Shown: positions 37,726-46,983 of the stretch, piece by piece
Numbering within the stretch: the stretch's first letter is position 1
Layout of the letters: each line of letters starts with the position of its first letter
Source: Omnitrophica bacterium GWA2_41_15
Lineage (GTDB): Bacteria > Omnitrophota > Gorgyraeia > Gygaellales > Profunditerraquicolaceae
Assembly (NCBI GenBank): GCA_919902445.1
Contig: CAKKQZ010000060.1
Coordinates: 1-62,141, forward strand
Direction of reading: 5' to 3'
Length of the DNA stretch: 62,141 nucleotides
The notes under the pieces: model-generated
Told to the model about the DNA's origin: nothing
Seen by the model: the letters and a program-made list of their open reading frames with translations, nothing else
Database searches by the model: none
Made by a program: the position numbers and the translations under genes

Positions 37726-38939
37726 TTAGTGTTGATGATGCCTTAAGAAAAGTGCTTAAGGCAATAAAAGTTATCGGTAAAGAAACAATAGCGCTTAGGG
37801 ATTCTTTGGGCAGGGTCTTAGCAGAAGATATTTATTCTGATTCTGATATCCCCGGGTTTGACAACTCTGCCATGGATGGATACGCGCTAAATTTTACGGA
37901 TACAACCAAGGCATCTGTTGAAGACCCTAAGATATTAGAAGTAATAGAAGATGTTAAGGCAGGGGATATCCCCAAGAAGAAATTAAATAAACTTCAGGCA
38001 ATAAGGATTATGACCGGGGCAATACTTCCTAAAGACGCTGACGCGGTAGTAATGGTGGAGGTAACGAAGAAGGTAAAAATTAAGGGAAAAGAATTTGTAG
38101 AAATATACAAGTGCGCCAAGCGCAATGAGAATGTAAGAAGAGCAGGGGAAGATATAAAAAAGGGCGAGTTAGTTTTACGTAATGGCACCCTCTTAAATAG
38201 CGCGCATATAGGGGTATTGGCAAGCGTGGGAAAATCTAAAGTGCGCGTGGCAAGAAAGCCAATGGTAGCTATTTTAGCCACGGGAAATGAAGTAATTGAT
38301 GTTAATGAAAGGTTGACTCCCGGTAAGATCCGCAGTTCCAATTCTTATACTTTATACAGCCAGGTTATTAGCGCCGGAGGTATTGCGAAAAATTTAGGCA
38401 TTGCAAAGGATACTCCCTCGCAGCTAATAAACAAGATTAAGCAATCGCTTGGCTGCGATTTGCTCATTACATCAGGCGGCGTATCCGTGGGTGATTATGA
38501 CCTGGTCAAAGATATATTATCAAAGTTAGGTACAAATATAGAGTTCTGGAAGGTAGCTATGCGCCCGGGTAAACCTATGGTCTTCGGGCTCATCAGGGGC
38601 ATTCCCGTATTCGGCCTTCCCGGAAATCCCGTATCCAGTATGGTGGCATTTGAGGTTTTTGTAAGGCCTGCAATCGCAAAAATGCTAAATCAGAGTGCGC
38701 CTTCCCGTAAAGAAGCTGAAGCAATACTGCAAGAAGATATCAGCAAGAAAAAGGGTTTAAGGTATTTTTTAAGAGGCAACACTACCTGGAGGAATAGTTC
38801 CTATCAGGCCCGCACCACTGGCCCGCAGGGCTCAGGTATCTTAAAGTCTATGGCGCAAGCCAATAGTCTAATCATCCTTCCTGAAGAAAAAGAGGTTATA
38901 AAAAAAGGATCGAAGGTAAAGGTAAGGTTACTGGATTAA
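37722..38939 (+). CDS. moeA: molybdopterin molybdenumtransferase
   Basis: SAMDGYA, RIMTGA, ATGNE, TSGGVSVGDYD, and PGKP..FG..PGNPVS. Confidence 0.9.
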   Translation: MISVDDALRKVLKAIKVIGKETIALRDSLGRVLAEDIYSDSDIPGFDNSAMDGYALNFTDTTKASVEDPKILEVIEDVKAGDIPKKKLNKLQAIRIMTGAILPKDADAVVMVEVTKKVKIKGKEFVEIYKCAKRNENVRRAGEDIKKGELVLRNGTLLNSAHIGVLASVGKSKVRVARKPMVAILATGNEVIDVNERLTPGKIRSSNSYTLYSQVISAGGIAKNLGIAKDTPSQLINKIKQSLGCDLLITSGGVSVGDYDLVKDILSKLGTNIEFWKVAMRPGKPMVFGLIRGIPVFGLPGNPVSSMVAFEVFVRPAIAKMLNQSAPSRKEAEAILQEDISKKKGLRYFLRGNTTWRNSSYQARTTGPQGSGILKSMAQANSLIILPEEKEVIKKGSKVKVRLLD

Positions 38940-38942
38940 AAA

Positions 38943-40121
38943 ATGATTTCCTGGACAAAATTATTATCCTCCCCGAATGATTTAAAGAGGGGTTTTGAGA
39001 ATAACGGCCAGGATATAAAACCGGTAATAGTCTGGAATATAACTTCGTCCTGCAACCTCTCATGCTGTCATTGTTACCTTGAGTCATCAAAGATTCCTGC
39101 AGCCGAGATTCTCGATACGCAAAAATGCAAGAAAATCATCCTTGATTTAGCGGGATTTGGCGTTCCTGCGCTTCTTTTTTCCGGAGGAGAGCCGCTTTTA
39201 CGCAAAGACATATTTGAACTGGCAGAATTTTCCCGCCGATACGGTATAAGGCCGGTGCTTTCCAGCAACGGAACTTTAATTACCGAATCTAAGGCAAGGA
39301 AGATAAAAACTTCAGGCATAGAATATGCCGGTATAAGTATTGACGGTAAACCGGATACTCATGATAAATTGCGCGGCGAGAAAGGTTCATTTAAGAAGGC
39401 CGCCCTTGGGATAAGGAATTGTAAAGATGCGGGGGTAAAAGTTGGCGTGCGCTTTACTTTAATGAAGGATAATTCAAAAGATTTAGATTTTATTTTTAAT
39501 TTTGCGAGAAAAGAAAAGGTCAATCGCCTCTGCATTTACCATTTGGTTTATTCCGGGAGAGGAAGGCGGGAGAAAGAACTTTCCTTGGAAGAGAAAAGGG
39601 ACTGCCTTGAATTAATCTGGAATTACTCGGATACTTTCCATAGAGAGGATGAGCAAACCGAGATTCTTACAGTGGATAACCACTGCGACGGGGTATGGAT
39701 TTACCATAAAATGCTAAAATTCGATGAAGAGAGGGCAAACAAAATATTGAATTCTCTTTTGAAAAGCGGGGGAAACCAATCAGGGGTTTGTATCGGCTGC
39801 ATTGATTACCGGGGAGATGTTTATATAGATCAGTTTACGCGCGGGCATTCTTTAGGTAATGTAACCAAGAGGAAATTCGGTGAAATATGGGAGGATGAAA
39901 GCAATCTTTTGCTTTACGGATTAAGGCACCGCAAGGATTTTATCAAAGGAAGGTGCAAAGGATGCAGTTTTTTTTCTATCTGTAACGGCAATATGCGCGC
40001 CAGGGCGCAAGCAGTATACGGAGATTTCTGGGAAGAAGACCCCGGCTGTTACTTAAGCAACGAGGAGATAAATGTTGACGGATATCCGGCTGATATTCTG
40101 GGAAACTACAAGGGCTTGTAA
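38943..40121 (+). CDS. radical SAM/SPASM protein, AhbC/AhbD/NirJ family
   Basis: CNLSCCHCY radical SAM cluster, GGEPLL, and a C-terminal Cys-rich SPASM-like region CKGCSFFSICNGNMRA. Confidence 0.7.
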   Translation: MISWTKLLSSPNDLKRGFENNGQDIKPVIVWNITSSCNLSCCHCYLESSKIPAAEILDTQKCKKIILDLAGFGVPALLFSGGEPLLRKDIFELAEFSRRYGIRPVLSSNGTLITESKARKIKTSGIEYAGISIDGKPDTHDKLRGEKGSFKKAALGIRNCKDAGVKVGVRFTLMKDNSKDLDFIFNFARKEKVNRLCIYHLVYSGRGRREKELSLEEKRDCLELIWNYSDTFHREDEQTEILTVDNHCDGVWIYHKMLKFDEERANKILNSLLKSGGNQSGVCIGCIDYRGDVYIDQFTRGHSLGNVTKRKFGEIWEDESNLLLYGLRHRKDFIKGRCKGCSFFSICNGNMRARAQAVYGDFWEEDPGCYLSNEEINVDGYPADILGNYKGL

Positions 40122-41112
40122 CCTCGGATGCCCTCATTGTAGGGCTAGCGCAACCACTGAACCTTCACCCGAAGATTTAACCACGGATGAAGTAAAGAAA
40201 TTTATGGAACAGGCGGCTACATTTAGCAGGCCGATTTTAGTATTTTCCGGAGGAGAGCCGATATTGCGTAATGATCTGTATGAACTGCTTAGTTACGCAA
40301 ACAAGTTGGGATTAAAGCCGGCGCTGGCAACCAACGCCACTTTGATTTCCGAAGAAATTGCCTATAAATTAAAAGATAATGGCCTTAGCCTTGCTTCTGT
40401 TTCGATTTATGGCGCAAATGCAGAATCTCACGATTCATTTTGCGGGTTAAACGGCGCCTTTGAGAAGACATTAAAAGGAATAAATAATCTAAAAAAGGCA
40501 AAAGTCAATGTGCAGATAAATACTACTATAAGCAAAAAAAATTTAAAAGAATTGGAGGTAATAGGAGATTTTGCTTTAAAAATCGGCGCAGTAGCGTACC
40601 ATACCTTCTTTTTAGTTCCCACAGGCAGAGGAAGATATATCGAGGATGATGAAATATCCTCTCAAGAATATGAGAAGGCATTCAATCGCTTATATGATTA
40701 TCAGAAAGTTTTTCCTCTACGCATAAAAGCAACTTGCGCTCCCCATTATTACCGGATTTTACATATGAAAGAAGCAAAAACTAACGAAAGGTCAGACAAT
40801 GAGAAAAGTCGAGGCAAAGGATGCCTTGCCGGTCAGGGTGTTTGCTTTATCTCTCATAAGGGTGAGGTATTTGGTTGTGGATATTTACCTATTATAGCCG
40901 GTAACATTAGAAAACAAGATTTTAGGGATATTTGGTTTAAAAGTGAACTTTTTATAACCTTAAGAGATAATTCAAGATTACAGGGTAAATGCGGAGTTTG
41001 TGAATTTAAGGATGTCTGTGGTGGTTGTAGGGCGCGTGCCTATGCAGCCACAGGAAATTATTTAGAGGAGGATACAAAATGCGCCTATCAGCCCTTGACA
41101 AAAAGATTTTAA
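40072..41112 (+). CDS. radical SAM/SPASM protein, AhbC/AhbD/NirJ family (second copy)
   Basis: CNLGCPHC, GGEPIL, and C-terminal CGVCEFKDVCGGCRARA. Confidence 0.7.
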   Translation: MLTDIRLIFWETTRACNLGCPHCRASATTEPSPEDLTTDEVKKFMEQAATFSRPILVFSGGEPILRNDLYELLSYANKLGLKPALATNATLISEEIAYKLKDNGLSLASVSIYGANAESHDSFCGLNGAFEKTLKGINNLKKAKVNVQINTTISKKNLKELEVIGDFALKIGAVAYHTFFLVPTGRGRYIEDDEISSQEYEKAFNRLYDYQKVFPLRIKATCAPHYYRILHMKEAKTNERSDNEKSRGKGCLAGQGVCFISHKGEVFGCGYLPIIAGNIRKQDFRDIWFKSELFITLRDNSRLQGKCGVCEFKDVCGGCRARAYAATGNYLEEDTKCAYQPLTKRF

Positions 41113-41528
41113 ATAAAATTCAAGAAGATATTCCGTTAGTTCCTGAGCCATTTAAGGCATTGGCTAAAGATACAGGCGTTACTGAAGAGGATTTATTTAA
41201 GAGAATAGAAGAATTAAAAAACAAAGGAATCATCAGAGGCCATGCTGTAGGCATAAATCATAAAATTTTAGGTTTTAAGAGTACGCTTTTGGGCTTAAGA
41301 GTGTTGCAAGATAAGGTTGAAAGCTTAGGTAAAGAACTTGCGGCATATCCGGAAATTACCCATTGTTTCCAGCGTAAAGGTGAATTTAATCTCTGGGCTG
41401 TATTCATTTATAAGGATGGGAGATTAAAAGAGTTCCTGGATAAACTTGGCCAAAAAATTGGCAAAGAAAATATCTTGAATCTCAAGACATTAAGAAAGTT
41501 TAAGCTAAAGACAAGATTGAAGATTTAA
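41079..41528 (+). CDS. AsnC/Lrp-fold siroheme decarboxylase subunit (AhbA/AhbB/NirDLGH family)
   Basis: LDKKILNKIQEDIPLVPEPFKALAKDTGVTEEDLFKRIEELKNKGIIRG is the typical N-terminus of this family. Confidence 0.7.
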   Translation: MRLSALDKKILNKIQEDIPLVPEPFKALAKDTGVTEEDLFKRIEELKNKGIIRGHAVGINHKILGFKSTLLGLRVLQDKVESLGKELAAYPEITHCFQRKGEFNLWAVFIYKDGRLKEFLDKLGQKIGKENILNLKTLRKFKLKTRLKI

Positions 41529-41541
41529 ATGAAAATTTTTC

Positions 41542-41570
41542 TTGACAAACAGGATTAAGTTATTTATCAT
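41542..41570 (+). promoter_or_regulatory. sigma70-type promoter (TTGACA-17 nt-TATCAT)
   Basis: The TTG taken as the ORF start in the track is the -35 hexamer. The -10 is at 41565-41570. Confidence 0.55.
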
Positions 41571-41622
41571 AGGTTTATTCAGTTGTTTATTCAGTAACAG
41601 GTGTGCCATGAGGGAGGTTAGG

Positions 41623-42963
41623 ATGGGAAGAAAAAATCTGGTATTGTTAGGTATAAGTTTTTTTATGAGTTTATTTTTTATTAATTCTGCTTTTGCTATA
41701 CCTACCTTTGCCCGTAAGTATCGCACCAGTTGTAATACCTGCCATATAGCCATACCCAAACTAACTGCTTTTGGTGAATCTTATCGTTTGAATGGTTATC
41801 AGATTCCCGAAGGAGATGCAGCCTATGTAAAAGAAGAGCCGGTAAGTTTAGGTGCGCCTGCCTGGAAAAGGGTCTGGCCCGAGGCAGTTTGGCCGGGTAT
41901 GATTCCAGGGCCGGTGCCACTTTCCGTAAGAATCATTTCTGATTTTAAAGTTAATCAGGCAAGTGAAGCCGCAAGTACAGACTTTAATTTTCCCCATGAA
42001 ATAGAGTTGATGATGGCTGGCCTTTTAGATGAAAATCTGCCATTTTTTGCCGAAATTGAATTTGAAAAAGAGACTAGTTCAAGTTCAGTAGAAACTGATG
42101 TTGAGGCCTGGCTTGGTTTCTATAATCTATTTAGTAATGCATTACCGGAAAGGGCTCTTAATCTGAAAGTGGGAACGCTGGGGATTAATCCTTTACCTAT
42201 GGCTAATGACCACCTAAGAATCGGAAAGAACCACTATTTATATAATGACTGGAGATTAAGTAGCGCTTCTTCTGGAGCCAATGGTTTTCGTTTGAGAGAT
42301 CATCGAGGAGGTTTAGAACTGAATGGAATTTTGGCTGACCGCTTCTGGTACGGTGGCGGTGTAGTTAATGGAGTAAATTCTACGGATAAAGACGGTTATA
42401 TTATTACAAGATATAAATTCGGCGGGACACCTTTTAGCAAGTCAGCTCCTGGCGGAGGAACTGAAGAGGCCATAAAAGGGAAGGCAAGTGGTTTCTGGGT
42501 GGATAATGCCTTGGAGTTAGCCAGCTTTGGCTATTTTGGTTCCACGGAGATTGGTGCAGCAGCTACTGCTAACCAGGAAGACGATAAATTCTGGCGCGCG
42601 GGATTTGCTTTGCGCAATACCTACCAAAATTTTGATCTTAATGCCGGCTATATCTGGGGCAACAATGATGATCCTTATGGTAGTAGTAGCGCTCAGAACA
42701 TAAATTCACAAAGTTGGTTTGTGGAGACAAACTATGTATTTAAACCCTGGCTTATCGGAGAATTAAGATACGAAGCACTTGACGTAGATATGCCCACAGA
42801 TTTCACAGTTACCAATTTAGATAGGGCAAGGTGGGTTCCTGGTTTAATCTTTCAGATCAGGCCCAATATTAAGCTGGTGGCAGAGGCTTTAATCTACAGT
42901 AAGTATAAAGTAGCCAGTGATAGACAGAATAACTTTGTAGCGCGTTTGGATGCCAACTTTTAG
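41623..42963 (+). CDS. fused monoheme cytochrome c / outer-membrane beta-barrel, Cyc2-like candidate
   Basis: ATG 41623 after GGGAGG. Signal peptide ending SAFA, then PTFARKYRTSCNTCH (single CXXCH). About 400 aa rich in Gly and aromatic residues, ending in ...FVARLDANF (OMP-type C-terminal Phe). Confidence 0.6.
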   Translation: MGRKNLVLLGISFFMSLFFINSAFAIPTFARKYRTSCNTCHIAIPKLTAFGESYRLNGYQIPEGDAAYVKEEPVSLGAPAWKRVWPEAVWPGMIPGPVPLSVRIISDFKVNQASEAASTDFNFPHEIELMMAGLLDENLPFFAEIEFEKETSSSSVETDVEAWLGFYNLFSNALPERALNLKVGTLGINPLPMANDHLRIGKNHYLYNDWRLSSASSGANGFRLRDHRGGLELNGILADRFWYGGGVVNGVNSTDKDGYIITRYKFGGTPFSKSAPGGGTEEAIKGKASGFWVDNALELASFGYFGSTEIGAAATANQEDDKFWRAGFALRNTYQNFDLNAGYIWGNNDDPYGSSSAQNINSQSWFVETNYVFKPWLIGELRYEALDVDMPTDFTVTNLDRARWVPGLIFQIRPNIKLVAEALIYSKYKVASDRQNNFVARLDANF

Positions 42964-43004
42964 TGAGTGTTAGCAGTATCTTAGTTTGGCTACTTAAAAT
43001 TGAG

Positions 43005-43044
43005 AACCCTTCCCCCCTTTTTATGAGGGGAAGGGTTATTTTTT
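43005..43044 (+). terminator. rho-independent terminator
   Basis: 11-bp stem AACCCTTCCCC / GGGGAAGGGTT followed by ATTTTTT. Confidence 0.65.
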
Positions 43045-43058
43045 AAGGAGGTAAGCAA

Positions 43059-43640
43059 ATGGGAAGAGTCATTTCTATTTTTTTGTTTTTGGTTATTTTC
43101 TGTTCAGAACCCTCTTTTGCAGGAGTAATTAAAGGCAAAGTTTCAACAGCGAAGTTAAAGGCACCCAAAGACATTGTAGTATATATAGACAAAATAGAAG
43201 GAAAAGAGCTTTCTTCATCTGGAGAGCCTGCAAAGATGGACCAGATTAAGCTGGTGTTTATCCCTTATGTTCTTCCTATAATCAAAGGCACAACTGTTGA
43301 GTTTCATAATAGTGATGATGTAAAGCATAATGTCTTTGCTGTAGGTACAGAAAATTTTGATTTAGGTACCTGGACCAAGGGGATCACCAAGTCATATACC
43401 TTTAATAAATTAGGAGATACAGCCATTCTTTGTAATGTGCATCCTGAAATGGAGGCATATGTTTTTGTGCTCCAGAATCCCTATTTTGCTATTACTGATG
43501 AAAATGGACAATACCAGATAAAAGATGTTCCCAGTGGTAGCTATAAATTAAAGGCCTGGCATAATCGGTTAAAGCCGGTTACAAAAGATGTGGATGTAGC
43601 TGCATCAGGAGAACTAAGTGTAGATTTTGAGCTCAAATAG
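43059..43640 (+). CDS. secreted type-1-like cupredoxin fused to a carboxypeptidase-regulatory-like (CarboxypepD_reg) domain
   Basis: Signal peptide. Candidate Cu ligands FHNSDDVKHNV ... CNVHPEM. Then ITDENGQYQIKDVPSGSYKLKAWH. Confidence 0.7.
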   Translation: MGRVISIFLFLVIFCSEPSFAGVIKGKVSTAKLKAPKDIVVYIDKIEGKELSSSGEPAKMDQIKLVFIPYVLPIIKGTTVEFHNSDDVKHNVFAVGTENFDLGTWTKGITKSYTFNKLGDTAILCNVHPEMEAYVFVLQNPYFAITDENGQYQIKDVPSGSYKLKAWHNRLKPVTKDVDVAASGELSVDFELK

Positions 43641-44150
43641 ATGAAAATAAAAAACAATATTCTTATCTTAGGTTTTTTATTTTGTGGTCTGGGTATTTTA
43701 GCAGGCCTTTTGCTGGCGAAGGCTAAGGTTTCTCTTCCTGTGCATAGACAGATTAGTATTGTATCTTATAAATATGGATATGAGCCAGCTGTGATACGGG
43801 TAAATCAAGGAGATACGATTACTTTGAAGTTAAAATCTAAAGACGTAACCCATGGTTTTTATCTTGAGGGGTATGATTTTGATGCCAAGGTAAGAGGGGA
43901 GATGCCGAGTTTCTGGATCAGGCATCCTTCGAAAAGCGAAGAATACGATAAAAACCCGATAGAAACCTATACCTTTGTGGCAAATAAGCCGGGTAAGTTT
44001 CGTTACCGTTGTTCTATAACTTGCGGCTCATTTCACCCATTTATGCAGGGAGAAATGATTGTTGTGCCCAATTACCTCTTCCCTGTTTCTACCGGGTTAG
44101 CTTTAGGTATGGTCTTTACCTGCCTGATTTATTTTAAGCGAAAAAGATGA
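43641..44150 (+). CDS. membrane-anchored cupredoxin with CuA-type motif (type A)
   Basis: N- and C-terminal TM helices. DVTHGF plus CSITCGSFHPFM (C-x3-C-x3-H-x2-M). Paralogue of 57711-58187. Confidence 0.65.
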   Translation: MKIKNNILILGFLFCGLGILAGLLLAKAKVSLPVHRQISIVSYKYGYEPAVIRVNQGDTITLKLKSKDVTHGFYLEGYDFDAKVRGEMPSFWIRHPSKSEEYDKNPIETYTFVANKPGKFRYRCSITCGSFHPFMQGEMIVVPNYLFPVSTGLALGMVFTCLIYFKRKR

Positions 44151-46978
44151 TTGATTTATTTGAAAAATTGCCCTTTTTATTAAAAGTCTGTAAAAGCCGA
44201 TGGCTGCAGTTTATCATTGTCTTTCCTACCTTATTAATATTTATTGTTTTTCTTTATGCCGGCATTTTTGGAACTCCGGTAGGAAACAAAAATATTATCA
44301 TTGTGTTTGTTTGGATTTTCTGGTGGATTTTGCTTATCGGTTTTATGGTGCCATTTGCATCACGTATATGGTGCTTGGTATGTCCTTTCCCGATTATTGG
44401 CGAATGGCTTCAACGTATGGCATTTATTAAGGTAAGGACTAGCGATACCCTATCAGGCTTAAAAAGTAAATACTTCGGAAAAAATAAACCTTGGCCAAAG
44501 AAACACAGGCACATCTGGTTTCAAAGCCTGGGTTTTCTATCCTTGGCGGTATTCAGCCCATTTTTAGTTACGCGCCCCTTTGTAAGTTTCATTGTCTTGG
44601 GTGGGTTATTTGCGGCGGCAACAGCATTAAGTTTAATCTATAAACAAAGGGTATTTTGTATGTATCTTTGCCCGGTAAGTGGATTCTTAGGGCTTTATTC
44701 TATGACCTCAAAACTTGGGCTTCGGGCAAAAGATGTAGAGTTGTGCAACCGCATTAAGAAAGATGAAGAGTTTAATTTTGATTATGGCATTGCAGCTTGT
44801 AGATTAAGCTGTCCCACAGGCATGGATGCCTCAAGTTATATTGCACTTATAGGCAGAGGCAGATACAAAGAAGCCCTGGAGGTAATAAAAGAAGCATCCC
44901 CCTTTGCTGGCGTTTTAGGCAGGGTGTGCACTCACCCCTGCGAGACTGAATGTGTTCGCAAAGAACTGGATGAGCCCATTTCTATTTGCCGCCTGAAGAG
45001 GTTTGTGGGAGATTATATAGGCTACAATGAGATGCAGCCAGCACAGGAGTTTAAACCGCGTTATAAAGAAAAAATAGCTATTATAGGCGCTGGACCTGCA
45101 GGTTTATCCTGCGCCTATCATTTAGTCAGGAATGGATACCAGACTACTGTTTATGAGGCACTTCCTGTTGCCGGCGGGATGATAAGAGTGGGCATTCCTT
45201 CATATAGACTGCCCAAAGACATTGTTGATAGAGAGATAGAGTATATAAAAAATAGTGGCGCGGATATTCGGACCAATATAGAGATTGGTCGGGATTTAGA
45301 TTTTGAGGAATTAAGAAAGGAGAACCAAGCAATATTTATTGCTGTTGGCGCTTCAGAGTCAAGGAGGCTGAAGATAGAAGGAGAGGATTTAAAAGGTGTT
45401 TACAATGCAATAGATATTTTACAGAAAGTAAGTTTGGGAGAGAAATTAGATTTGGGTAAAAGGGTTATAGTTATTGGCGGAGGTGATACAGCAATAGATA
45501 CAGCCCGGGCAATGCTCAGGCTGGGTTGCAATGAAGTCAGGATAGCATATCGGCGCACTAGAGACGAAATGCCTGCTATACCTGAAGAGGTAGTTGCTGC
45601 AGAAAAGGAAGGTATAAAAATAGATTTTCTTACTGCGCCGGTAAAGATTGAAGGAAGCAATGGCAGGGCAACATCCCTTCTCTGCACAAAGATGAGGTTA
45701 GGTCAACCTGATGAATCTGGAAGGCCACAACCTGTGCAAATCAAGGGTTCTGAGTATCTGATTTCAACTGACAGTATAATTGTAGCTACCGGACAATATT
45801 CAGATATAAACTTTTTACCCAAGGAATTAAGCATAAGTACTGCTGGCACCATAATCGTGGATACTCAAGACATGGTTACTAATATCCCTGGTATTTTTGC
45901 TGGTGGAGATGTGGTGAGCGGGCCTGATATTCTCGTTAAGGCCTTAGGTATGGGTAGGAGGGCTTCTATCGCCATTGACAGGTACCTGCGAGGTGAAGAA
46001 TTAAGCCGTATTTCTTTTTATCCTTCAGAGAAGAGGGTTGAGGAGGTACCCATAGGAATAATTGACAGAGAAGATAGGGTTAAATCACGCTTTCGACCAA
46101 TTGAGGAACGCATTAAAGATTTTAAAGAAGTAGAAGAGGTGTTTACAGAAAATATGGCAGTTCGGGAAGCCAAGAGATGCTTGAGTTGCGGAATATGCGG
46201 GGCGTGTTACCGTGGTTCAGATAAAGGATGGGCCTGCGCTTGGTTTGAAAAGATGGGGGGAATGGATAGAAATAATTATTGTGGCTTATGTATGGAGTGC
46301 GTAAAAAGCTGCCCCTATGATAATATCGGGCTCTATTGGCGGCCATTTGCTTGGGATAAAGATATCAAGGGTTATGATGAATCCTGGAAGTCCTTTATTA
46401 TGCTAGTCTTAGCGATTATTTATTCTATCAATTTGTTAAGCCCTTGGGGCAAGCTTAAGAATTTTCTTAACTTTACTGAAACAGGCACAGTAGGTCATTT
46501 TATCTTACTTAGTGTGAATATGCTTTTATGGTGCCTGGCACTATTTCCATCTATTCATTATCTCTTCTGCAAATTTTCCCAGTTGTTATCTAGGTCTAAA
46601 GAGGTGGAGACAAAAGAATTATTCTTAAAGTATTCCTATGCTTATGTTCCTTTGGGTCTTATGGCCTGGGTGTGTTTTAGCGTGCCGCTACTATTGATTA
46701 ATGGCAGTTATATCCTGGCAGTGATTTCCGACCCCTTTGGTTGGGGCTGGAACCTTTTTGGCACAGCGCATCTTCATTGGAGCCCTATATTACCGCACTG
46801 GGTTCCTTACATACAGGCACTTTTTATATTAGCAGGACTTTTCTACTCTGTAGTATCTGTATTTAAAATAGCCAAGAGGATATTTTCTCAAAAAGAAGAG
46901 GCTTTAAAAAGTATTATTCCCATAGTTGCGCTGCTTTTAATAATAACTATAATCTTTTTTAGGTTATATTTGGGTTAG
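44147..46978 (+). CDS. NapH-like polytopic Fe-S membrane protein with an inserted GltD-like NAD(P)H flavoprotein module
   Basis: WCLVCPFP and FCMYLCPVSG in the TM region. Insert carries CPTGMD...CTHPCETEC, IAIIGAGPAGL and VIGGGDTAID. It rejoins at CGLCMECVKSCPYDN, and the C-terminal TM part ISDPFGWGWNLFGTAH is shared with ORF 58180. Confidence 0.75.
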   Translation: MIDLFEKLPFLLKVCKSRWLQFIIVFPTLLIFIVFLYAGIFGTPVGNKNIIIVFVWIFWWILLIGFMVPFASRIWCLVCPFPIIGEWLQRMAFIKVRTSDTLSGLKSKYFGKNKPWPKKHRHIWFQSLGFLSLAVFSPFLVTRPFVSFIVLGGLFAAATALSLIYKQRVFCMYLCPVSGFLGLYSMTSKLGLRAKDVELCNRIKKDEEFNFDYGIAACRLSCPTGMDASSYIALIGRGRYKEALEVIKEASPFAGVLGRVCTHPCETECVRKELDEPISICRLKRFVGDYIGYNEMQPAQEFKPRYKEKIAIIGAGPAGLSCAYHLVRNGYQTTVYEALPVAGGMIRVGIPSYRLPKDIVDREIEYIKNSGADIRTNIEIGRDLDFEELRKENQAIFIAVGASESRRLKIEGEDLKGVYNAIDILQKVSLGEKLDLGKRVIVIGGGDTAIDTARAMLRLGCNEVRIAYRRTRDEMPAIPEEVVAAEKEGIKIDFLTAPVKIEGSNGRATSLLCTKMRLGQPDESGRPQPVQIKGSEYLISTDSIIVATGQYSDINFLPKELSISTAGTIIVDTQDMVTNIPGIFAGGDVVSGPDILVKALGMGRRASIAIDRYLRGEELSRISFYPSEKRVEEVPIGIIDREDRVKSRFRPIEERIKDFKEVEEVFTENMAVREAKRCLSCGICGACYRGSDKGWACAWFEKMGGMDRNNYCGLCMECVKSCPYDNIGLYWRPFAWDKDIKGYDESWKSFIMLVLAIIYSINLLSPWGKLKNFLNFTETGTVGHFILLSVNMLLWCLALFPSIHYLFCKFSQLLSRSKEVETKELFLKYSYAYVPLGLMAWVCFSVPLLLINGSYILAVISDPFGWGWNLFGTAHLHWSPILPHWVPYIQALFILAGLFYSVVSVFKIAKRIFSQKEEALKSIIPIVALLLIITIIFFRLYLG

Positions 46979-46983
46979 GGGTA

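Noticed and set aside
41542-41622. TTG start at 41542 for the Cyc2-like ORF
   Set aside because: That TTG is the first half of a TTGACA -35 box with a properly spaced -10. ATG 41623 follows a GGGAGG site and gives a normal signal peptide.
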